NCBI GenBank assembly: GCA_002104905.1
Contig: MCFE01000441.1
Location: 10,243 to 74,242 of the forward strand
DNA length: 64,000 nt
Source of the DNA: Basidiobolus meristosporus CBS 931.73
Lineage: Eukaryota; Fungi; Basidiobolomycota
Direction of reading: 5' to 3'
Shown piece after piece: positions 12,251-21,979 of the stretch. A program made the position numbers and the translations under genes. The notes beneath the pieces are model-generated. The model made no database searches. It was not told the DNA's origin and was given only the letters and a program-made list of their open reading frames with translations. The first letter of the stretch is position 1. Every line of letters begins with the position of its first letter.

Positions 12251-13197
12251 ATGGCAAGCTACGAAGTAGATTGGGTAGCTCCTTTGGCTGGTCCAATACA
12301 TCCACCTAAGCACATCAGCCTTCCCCCGGCATGGCGGAAGCGTGAAGCAGTGAACCATGGTCGTATGCGTAAATCCAAAAGCCAGTACCTCCCGGATGCA
12401 CACATCCGTTGGTCCAAAGCCGGGGGGTTCAATGATGAGCCCGCCGCGCATCCGGAGAAAAGCAAAACCAACCGCTTTTCGACCATCATACAATCCATGG
12501 GCAGTAAGTACGCATGCAGCACTCGTGCTAGAAATTCATCTAATCTGGTTACTCCATAGATCTTCTGAAACGAAGCAGGAAGATGGACATCTCATCGCCC
12601 TTCAACTTTTTACATTGTGGCCATGCAGGCGTTGACCCAATCACGCAAGAGATTGTTGTAAGTGAAACTATACGGATGGTCAAATTTCACACTGACTAAT
12701 TTGGTTGTCGCTACATAGGGATTGCCTACGAATTCATTAAACCTGGTTCCACTAGATCAAATCACAACCTCTTATCTTGACGATAAGCCACTCCCACCCA
12801 CACCTGACGAAAGCGTGACGCCGAGGACGAGCACACCTACGCCAAAGTCTGGTGTACCGGTGTACGACAGAGCAAAGCTGAAGCGGAGCACAACATGCAT
12901 CAATAGCCCTTCGATTCAAAGAGACTCTGGCGTTCGCTGGTCTCTCCAATCCAATCGCGATGAAAGGCAATTACGAAGAGCTTCCAGTCTTCGATCGAGC
13001 ATGTATTCCCCCAGAAATCGCAAGGTACATTCCCATATTATCTCTGTACACTTCCCACGCGCTAACTTGCTCCAAAGAATTTGGAAATCTCGTCCCCCTT
13101 TAATCCGATCCATGTCGCCCACATTTCGTTCACAAAGGAGGGAGCGTTGGTAGCTATGCCGCTGAACTGGAGACAGAGCCTAGCATACGAACTATGA
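12251..13197 (+). CDS. Small protein with two CRIB (Cdc42/Rac-binding) motifs and no catalytic domain; 4 exons
   Basis: Spliced translation: MASYEVDW...QSMG|NLLKRSRKMDISSPFNFLHCGHAGVDPITQEIV|GLPTNS...RNRK|NLEISSPFNPIHVAHISFTKEGALVAMPLNWRQSLAYEL*. Donors GTAAGT, GTAAGT, GTACAT. Confidence 0.75.
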
Positions 13198-13626
13198 TTT
13201 TTCTACTTTAACAACGTCATAGTAGACTATGTTGTGTAACCACTCAGAATGTAGATATATCCGTACGAGAATTGAATGAATCAAGTGATCCGATTTCAAC
13301 ATGTATAAATAAACCCAGTTTAACCAGTACGCAAGCAAATACTTGTCAATGGTCGATATCGTCCTACTTTGGGATATGGTTGCTTTGAATGAATGGACTT
13401 TATATCCAGTGTGGGGCAAAGCAAGTTGGACAAAGCTTTTCATGCGCCTTGACATCATTGCAGCCTTAACGGTCCATTAGACATGCCGGCAGGATATTCG
13501 ATTCTGGATAGATTTATTAAGATCAGGAATGCCACGACCAATCCAGGGTTTCCGAGCTTTCAAGGTACCCAAGTGGTGGATCCTTCCATGGATGCGCTTG
13601 ATGAGTAAATATGTATATATAAATAT

Positions 13627-14679
13627 TCAATGCTCTGGAGGACCGAAGACCACTCTGCATTCATTGCCCATTAGATAGTGTCGTTTCAGACCATCACCCC
13701 TGGCAAAGCTCTTACGACATGTCGTACACAGATACGGCTTCTCCCCCGTATGAATACGAAAGTGTCGTTGTAAATCGTGCTTTCGAGAAAACGATCGTGT
13801 GCATTTTTGGCACTTGTATGGACGGGTATCTGAATGGGTTTTCAGGTGAGTTTTCAGTGTACTCTGCCGATGAAAGGTTCGTGTACACATAGGGAACTCA
13901 CATTTGAATACAAATTGGCCATTCGCCCTTTTGGTCTTGGGAAAGTCGGTGTTATCTGGAAATTGGACATAGGCGACTTTCTTCTCTTGACTACAGCGGG
14001 GTTGGTATACTAGTTGTGCATTAAATAGCGATCCAGATAGATCCCCCGACCCAGTTGATGTTGGTATTTGTGGAATATCGTTGACCACTGAGTTTTCTAA
14101 TATGTACAATGCAGCATCGTCTAGGAGCCTTGCTGGTAAAAGTGTAGGGTCCAGAAGGGCCATTTCAGCATTAATGTCATAACCATCCAAGTAAGTGATT
14201 GGATGGCCAATTGAGTACAACGGAGCTTCAGTGGATAAGTACGGACTGCCAACAAATTTGTCACATTGATATGGGTCTCCTAGAGGACGAAATGAATTAC
14301 TGCTCTCCGTAGGCGGGTAAATAGACATCGAAGTTGTAGGTTGTGTTGGTGACACACTGTCAAATGTAAAGATCGAAGGTAAAGAGGAGAAATCATCTGG
14401 AGGATCCTGTGACTTGTCGCTTGCTATGAAGTTTGGATGCGTGGTGTTATCTTGTAAGGCTACCGGAAAGTGGGAAAGAAAATGCTTGCTCGTGTCTTGG
14501 ATTCCCTCACTCTCTATATTGGTCGCTAAGAAGGAAATACTATCTGCGTAGTAATCCATAAAGAGTATACTAGGGTAAGATGTTTGTGAACCAGTGTCGA
14601 GAATAGCCGCTTTATATGGAATCCATGGCATGTCTGTGTACCAAAGGCTTATACTGAATTTGAAATGATTAAGCTTCAT
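13627..14679 (-). CDS. C2H2 zinc-finger transcription factor (3 fingers); true start possibly Met at 14559
   Basis: CEFPMCTRTFHRQSTLKTHLKTH, CQKCTRSFSRKHDLQRHFRIH-TGEKPY-CTTCRKSFARGDGLKRH at the C-terminus; acidic/Ser/Pro-rich N-terminus. Confidence 0.92.
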   Translation of the reverse strand: MKLNHFKFSISLWYTDMPWIPYKAAILDTGSQTSYPSILFMDYYADSISFLATNIESEGIQDTSKHFLSHFPVALQDNTTHPNFIASDKSQDPPDDFSSLPSIFTFDSVSPTQPTTSMSIYPPTESSNSFRPLGDPYQCDKFVGSPYLSTEAPLYSIGHPITYLDGYDINAEMALLDPTLLPARLLDDAALYILENSVVNDIPQIPTSTGSGDLSGSLFNAQLVYQPRCSQEKKVAYVQFPDNTDFPKTKRANGQFVFKCEFPMCTRTFHRQSTLKTHLKTHSDTRPYKCQKCTRSFSRKHDLQRHFRIHTGEKPYLCTTCRKSFARGDGLKRHYLMGNECRVVFGPPEH

Positions 14680-14952
14680 TCGTCAAATTCATGTGCTCTT
14701 TGTTTGAATGGTAATGCACACACACTTTAGTAACACCGGTTGCCATTTGATCGAGATTCCTCGATTTCCCCTCAAACCAGCAGATCCGTCGCATGCCTCC
14801 AATGGCCGTAGAAACTATCGTGCGAGGGAGTTTTCTTGGCAGTGATACCCACTCGCACGAAAGAACTTCCATCCGAAGTGGGTTGGGAAATTGCTTTGAT
14901 AGAATCCATTTTACTCTTTTATGTATAATGCTACAACAGGCTTGAATTGCAC

Positions 14953-15837
14953 TTAGACATCGACTAAAGCGATCTCGCGTTCCACATGTCTACCGTATAT
15001 CACAAACAATCCGAGTTGCAATCCTGTTAGCAGTGTCCCAAGTGAATTGGGAATGATTATAAAATAATTTACAAGAACAGATCCATACGTAAGCCATAGG
15101 ATGCAGTTGACAAATGAAGTTGCAGATAACGGAAGTGATAGCGATATGGTGGACTTGGTTCTGATAACCTCAAACTAGAAGCAAGTATTTGGTTACAATG
15201 GTCCTTAGATGAAAAAACTCATTTAGGAACCTACCACAGTTACCAGAGGCGCTGCGTACATACAAACTGAAGCACAGGAGGAGCATAACCCCAGAATATA
15301 TGTAACATTGTCCGAGGCTAAACTCTTGATTAAAACTAAGCCGCTGAAAAGGAGTATGGCTATGAGGATAAGTGTTTTTCCGAGTTTTCCCTGAAAACCA
15401 GTATTGTCAGCACACACCATGGATGTCGAACTTGGTAGGTAAAGCAAAAATACCTTCTCTTTGGCATAATGGTAGTATACAAGAATACACATGCCTGAGG
15501 TTGAGATGCCGACAGTGCTAACAAGGGTAAGAACTACATCTCCTATTAATATACCATATTGTAGCCATAATAGAGAGCTACTCACGTTAGTAAGAAATTC
15601 AAAAGGATAGTTAAAGTGTATAATACCTGACAAAGGTCGAAATAAAGGGGTACACTGATACTGAGCCAGTTTTCTTTTCTTTCACAAATCGCCAACAAAG
15701 GGATCTAAAAGATTTATAGACGCTTGTGTTAGGATCAGGCCATTTCACGGTTGTATTTTGATACAGGGGATTTACAGGCTTGAAAAGAACATGGCAAGAT
15801 TGAAAACGGTGGTTAGGAAGGACAGGATTAGCAGCAT
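14953..15837 (-). CDS. SWEET (MtN3/saliva) sugar transporter, multi-exon; start approximate
   Basis: Two MtN3 repeats: AMFFSS...KEKKTGSVSVYPFISTF...LWLQYGIL, and VCMYAAPLVTV..VIRTKSTISLSLPLSATSFVNCILWLTYG...IPNSLG...QLGLFVIY; stop TAA at 14953-14955. Confidence 0.85.
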
Positions 15838-16098
15838 TTTGATACCACAGTTAGATTTACAGGTGCTAAGTTGACAAGAAGATACTTCATAGCCCAAGTT
15901 AGCAAAGCCATTGACACGATAGGAAGAAACCAAGTTTGGAAATAGCAGTAATCATTATGTCATTCAACATGTATCAGTATTAGATAGGCAAAAGCGTGCC
16001 TAGCCTCTGATTCCAGGTAATGATAATCTCGCTTCCATTGATATATCTTCATCGGTCTTAAAAACTGACCGTAAGAATTGACCAGTTGAATCGTAACA

Positions 16099-17127
16099 AT
16101 GGCCTCACCCAAGTTGCGAACTGCGGTTGACCATATCCTTCGTCATCTGCCCAAACCCGGAAACCACAAGCAATTACCCTTGGTTGTTGGATTGTGCGGG
16201 CCACAGGGAAGTGGTGTGTATACTTAGGCTGCATTTTCTCTGCACTTCTCCAATATAACCAGTCTTTTCACCCGTTCAATAGGAAAAACCACGTTGACGC
16301 GTCAACTGGTCACTACTCTTCAAGGCTCACCATACAACCTCAATGTGGTTTCCTTTTCAGTTGACGATCTGTACCTACCGTTCGAGCGTCAATGTGAGGT
16401 AGCTTCCAGCAATCCCAAAAACCGACTTCTTCAGTATCGTGGTAACGCAGGAACACACGATCTTGATCTTGGCCAACTCACATTCGAAAGACTGCTCAAG
16501 TCTCACGATCAGTACGTTCGAAAGCACATTGCGGATCCAGTTCCCATTCCCCAATATAACAAAGCCTCCCGCAATGGGCGAGGGGATCAAGAACCCTTGA
16601 GCAATTGGCCGAAGGTATCCCCGCCTTACGACATTATCCTGTTTGAGGGTTGGATGCTAGGCTTCAAGGCACTACCTGAACAAGAGCTTCGGAACATTTA
16701 TGCGCGGTCACCGGCGAACTCGCATGTTCGAAAATTTAATATTGAAGAAATAATTCCAGTGAATGATTATCTGAGATCATGGAGCCTACAAGTCTATTCC
16801 TATCTTGATGTCTTCATTCACATCGATACCGAGGATATCGATTTTGTGTACGACTGGAGATGGGAGCAAGAAGAGCATATGAGAAGCGTGGCCAACAATC
16901 GAAACATCGGTCTGACTAGCGAAGAAGTGAAAGATTTTGTGGATAGATTCATGCCAGCATACGAGCTGTACCTACCCAGGTTGCGAAATACCAATCTGTT
17001 TGTCGATTTGCCTGAACCCAACCGCTCCATCAAAACACAGCCATGGGGTAGGCATTTGAGGCTGCTAATCGACAAAAACAGAAACATGCTAAGCAGCACC
17101 TTAGTGGACGGGAAGAGCAACCTGTAA
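16099..17127 (+). CDS. TDA10: Tda10 / D-glycerate 3-kinase-like P-loop kinase; one intron near 16215-16282
   Basis: VGLCGPQGSG|KTT Walker A across the intron; SVDDLYL, RGNAGTHD, ILFEGWMLGF, WRWEQE, DFVDRFMPAYELY. Confidence 0.88.
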
Positions 17128-17652
17128 TCGAATGGATACCAAAATAAACACTCTGCTGCACAGGTGGAACAAAAAGCCCTTAAACAGTAGTATGCAAGCA
17201 ACCATGTCATCCAGACTTGTAGCGGATCCGAACGAAATCACATACCTATGTCATAATGTGCAAGACCAACCGCTATCTTGCTTTGGATGTTGGGATTGCA
17301 ACAAGCTTGACTTCATGCCACAAGACATATATCGGGGATTATTCTCCGCATTCAGGGTCGAAAACCTGTATCCCGAAAGATCTCTGAATCGTCGATCAAG
17401 CATTCAGTCAGAATTCTAACGGCAACACTGATTGCCCCTCCTTTTATCACTGAGTTTGAACGTCGTGTGATTGGTTTGTTTGTTAATTGGTTCCAGATAC
17501 AGCGCTTAGGCCAAGCCTAGGCCTCGCCTCTGCAAGGCTCAGTAGCATTGCAGAAGGCATACACCATACAAATCCAGGACATGTATTCTTCGGCTGACCC
17601 ACGCGCAATCTCCAGTGCCCAAGGCATCAGCGTAAGAGTGGAATGAGGAAAT

Positions 17653-17811
17653 GGCTATGCACTTGGGAATATGGATTGTATGTAAGAGGAGGGGACATGA
17701 ATCTTATGTATGAGTAGGGAATATGGATTGTACGTATGAGGAGGGAGCATGAGGAAGGAATATGATTTGAAAGCTTTGGAAGGAAGAAATGACTATTCAC
17801 TTGGGAATATG
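17653..17811. repeat. Imperfect short direct repeats (about 2.5 copies)
   Basis: GGGAATATGGATTGTAyGTAwGAGGAGGG at ~17665 and ~17717; CACTTGGGAATATG at ~17660 and ~17798. Confidence 0.7.
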
Positions 17812-18138
17812 AAACGTATATATTGGATATAACTTGTATGGATCGCGGAGGCTTCCTCGTTTAACCATATCAGTTCATCCATCGGTCGATTCAAAGGAGT
17901 CTGAGAAAAATATATAGTTATAATTATCAGGATTGGACAAACATGAGATGCAAAGATCAAGCAGGCCAAAAATGGGGATTTATGGGGAGGCACCGATAGT
18001 GCTTTGGCTAAGGAAACACTGGGGAAACATGCACTATGCAGACAAGTGGTTTAGAACAACTTGGAAAGACACTGGGTGGTTGGTGAATATAAAAGTGGCT
18101 TCAAGTACGTTTTCATCCCATCAATTTTAGACTCAATC

Positions 18139-18921
18139 ATGGACAACCCACTCATCCCCTCCACATACATTTCCAAAAAGCGTAAATACTCCGCCGAGTA
18201 TAGTGACTCCTACTTTCTCGACACCACCTCGCTCATCCCCACTCCCCCACTCACCCCAACTGACATCCCGAGCAATTTACCTGAGCTAGAGGAAGACTTT
18301 GGTAGATTTCCATGCCAAACACCAATAGAGCCTATCTTCCACATGTCCGATTTACTTGCAAATCACTCTACTCTTGTGGCAAATCCTTTAGAATATGGCC
18401 TTTTTGGAGCTCCTGACGAATTTCCAAGCGGTGACCTGGCACTCTTAGAAAACCCAGATTCTTCCTTCCCTAGCAATGATCAAGGGTGGGTGGCATTTCC
18501 ATATCAGGCTGACCTGGCGCAAGCTCTACAACATCACTTGGCTTCACCACACCACATTTTTTCTGAATCTCCCTTGGCATACTACCCAGTAAGTTATCTG
18601 TATCATCAGCAAGGTCTGTATATGCCAAGCCAGCCCTCCACTCCCAGCCCATACATGGGATACTCTGGAAACAAGGATGAGGACTACTTTCGCCCAAGCC
18701 CTTCTCGCCCATACCAGTGCGGCTATTGCTCAAGGTCTTTCGCACGCAAACACGATCTCAGACGCCACACCCGCGTTCACACCGGCGACCGTCCATATAA
18801 GTGCCGTAGCTGCGGCAAAGCGTTTTCTAGAATAGACGCACTTAAAAGACACTTGCGAATGGAAGTCAAATGCTTCAAGGTTCTGGAAAAGTCCGAATAT
18901 TATCCAAACTCGTGTTCGTGA
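18139..18921 (+). CDS. C2H2 zinc-finger transcription factor (2 fingers)
   Basis: YQCGYCSRSFARKHDLRRHTRVH-TGDRPY-KCRSCGKAFSRIDALKRH; first Met MDNPLIP at 18139. Confidence 0.92.
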   Translation: MDNPLIPSTYISKKRKYSAEYSDSYFLDTTSLIPTPPLTPTDIPSNLPELEEDFGRFPCQTPIEPIFHMSDLLANHSTLVANPLEYGLFGAPDEFPSGDLALLENPDSSFPSNDQGWVAFPYQADLAQALQHHLASPHHIFSESPLAYYPVSYLYHQQGLYMPSQPSTPSPYMGYSGNKDEDYFRPSPSRPYQCGYCSRSFARKHDLRRHTRVHTGDRPYKCRSCGKAFSRIDALKRHLRMEVKCFKVLEKSEYYPNSCS

Positions 18922-19649
18922 TGGAATCCATCGGTCGAACCTCCACAATTACTTAGAATAGACGAACCGATGTAACTAATATTTTAGAGATTTTGTATTA
19001 TTATTAATTACCGTTGTATAATAGACCCCGTCCCAACAGCAAATAAACGGCTTCCTGATGTGGCAAATATCGAGTTTTGCAACGCTGCATTTGGCCTGAG
19101 CGGCTGATTATCGAAGTGGCACTAGCATCAGTCTATCACAACATACGAGTTGTTGTAAGAATTGGATCACAAAAGGGGTCCGTAAGAGCTTCTCTACATG
19201 ATACTGCCAATCTCTAATTTATGTAGGGGGATGGAATCGCGCAACTGGATAATGTATTTTGTGCCTCTCCTTGACAGCATTGGGAAATACCAGGGTTGAA
19301 TGTTCCACCCCCCAAGACTAGAATATAGCGATCGTGGAATGCTGCTAGTACTAGTGAGTTCGAAGTATTATCCCGAATCATCGTAACATTTGCGTCAAAA
19401 GCTCCTAACATTCGGTTTATGTTAGGAACGAACATCCAAACACAATGAGCACGATGCAAGCGCCTTCCGTTGAAAAGTAATTGGTTGCGGATTTCGTTGC
19501 TTTCTTGAACAATGACAAAGCGATGCAGGAGAGCGTCGCATCTTATTTCGTGCGTTCAACCTCGGCGAATGCCAAACCTTATTTGGATGGATATATATAT
19601 ACAGCCCTGTTGGCACTACTGTCACGGGTAAATTAAAGCACTAGCAAAT

Positions 19650-20331
19650 ATGACGTTTAATCACAAAATAGTAACTCTGCTCCTGTTGCCATTATTGGTA
19701 TACTCCCACATGGAAATGAAATCCCCACCTGCCAGACATTCAGTCTTCAGCAAATATTACCGCGACCATGACCCAGATTGGGACATCACATCACCACTGG
19801 GTGGTAAACGGGTATGTTCAACCAACATATTCGCCACAATCACACTAGCTTCTAACATGCAATCAGACATATCCCTGTCAAGGTTACAAGAAGGGGCCCA
19901 TCCAAGGTACTTACAAAGCCGGACAATCCATCCCTATCGAAATCGTTGGTCCAAATACCCACAAAGGCGGGCACTGTCAATTTAGCATATCATTTGACGA
20001 CAAGAAATTCGTGGTGATCAAGGATGTGATGCACACCTGCTTGACAAAGAGCGGAACCAAATTCTCCATCAAGTTGCCCTCCTCGAGCCCCAACAGCAAC
20101 AACGCCACACTAGCATGGTCGTGGATTAACGCCGAGGGGAATCGTGAGTATTATATGAATTGTGCCGATATCCGGATCACTGGTGGAAAGAAAGATGGCT
20201 ATATCAAAGGACCCGAGCTCCTGGTTGCCAACTACAAAGGCTACCCAACAGTCGGCGAATTCTACTTCGAATGGGAAGATGACGGCCAAGATAAATTCGA
20301 CAAGCGGCGAATCATAACCATCCGTGCGTAG
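19650..20331 (+). CDS. Secreted AA11-like lytic polysaccharide monooxygenase (chitin-type); one intron after GGKR
   Basis: Signal peptide followed by His1 (VYS|HMEMKSPPAR); spliced YPCQGY...NTHKGGHCQFS; LAWSWINAEGNREYYMNCADI matches the AA11 W-x-W-x-N-x-x-GNRE-x-YMNCA pattern. Confidence 0.8.
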
Positions 20332-20558
20332 AGCATTCAACCTGCAGAAGCCGAATCACCCGGATACCCATCGGCTTCTATCATTTTGCTGGCAATGACC
20401 ATGATTAACAAATATATTGCACTGGATAGTCTCCATTCCTCATAATCAACACCTCCCCTAGTAAAGAGAAATAAAGTTATGGCTAAAAAGATTTATTGTC
20501 GAGTTCACTTGGCAAGCTCTAGGGGAATCTAGTGAAACCAAATAGAGATAGCACAAAC

Positions 20559-21098
20559 TTACAAACGACGACCACGACGACCACCCTTTCTACGAGTACT
20601 GTCAGTGGGGATAGGAGTAACATCCTCAATACGGCCGATTCTCATACCAGCTCTGGCCAAGGCACGAAGAGCCGATTGAGCACCAGGACCAGGGGTCTTA
20701 GGGCCGTTACCACCAGTAGCACGAATCTTAATGTGAAGGGCAGTGATGCCAAGCTCCTTGCAGCGCACAGCAACATCTTGAGCGGCCAACATGGCAGCGT
20801 AAGGGGAGGATTCGTCACGATCAGCCTTCACCTTCATACCACCAGTGACACGGACCATAGTTTCACGACCAGTCAAATCAGTAACATGAACAAAGGTATC
20901 GTTGAAAGAAGCGAAGATGTGAGCAACACCGAAGACGAGTTCACCTTCGCGAACTTGAGGACCAAGGGAAATTGGTTCCTGGGTTTTCTGTACTTTTCCG
21001 GCTTTCTTAGACTAAACATTACAAATAGATTGAATACGTTGTCGAAAAGCGTTGTCAGGCGGAAAACCTTTCTCTGTTCTATGCGTACTACTTACCAT
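20559..21098 (-). CDS. RPS14: 40S ribosomal protein uS11/S14; ATG-only first exon (21096-21098), then intron
   Basis: [15 protein letters not shown]...[34 protein letters not shown]...[13 protein letters not shown]. Confidence 0.98.
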
Positions 21099-21979
21099 GA
21101 TTAGATGGATGCCAACCTGTCAGCAATATGGATAAGGAAGGGGAACCAAAAGGTGCAAGAAGGAGCCCGAACCTCTGTGTAAATTTGGTAATTAAGATTA
21201 CCCTCACTTAACGTCCCCCAAAATATAGGGATCTCTTGCTATTATATCCTTCTCAATGACAACCGACTGCCTATATCTGATTGGACCACCAGAAATATTC
21301 AACGGGTATACGTATTAATAATGCAACACAGTAACATAGAAAAAGATCGCTCCTCTTCAACAATTGGTGGGCTAAAGTGAGGATAAGAGAACATATTCAC
21401 GAAGCAGCTGTGAATGTATTCTGAAGCTCAGCTTCAACCTAGCGTTTGCATACGTATATATAGCGATCTGTATGGCCAATCAACGCGCGATATAGTTTCT
21501 CCTTTGAAGCAGATATCAACACTCTGGTGAGGTAAGCTTGAATCAATGCAAATTTTTGGTTAAGAAACAATAAATTTCAGGAAATCTGGCTATTTTTAAC
21601 CAATAATATACCGGGTTTTGTCACATATTAGGGCGTACTCTAATGCATTAGAATCGTTGAATGGCGTGGTGCCATTAAGACTTCAGGATTGCTTCCCCAC
21701 TTAGAAATCCAAAAAATTCTATAACTACTTTTCTAACGCGTGGAGATAAAGTTACGCTGTAACGATCTTGGCATCGCCGACCGCTTTAAACGCTTCAAAA
21801 CTATCAAACGCGAACGTCAGATATATTTCTAGCGATCTACCAACCTAGTTCGGTCGACTTCATACCGCTAGTCTAGAATATTTTATTCTATATATTTCCC
21901 GTCACTCATTCAATTCCGACCCGAGTGATCTACAACCTATACTACCAAAGGAGACTTTGTTTGGCGATTGGATCCAAGC

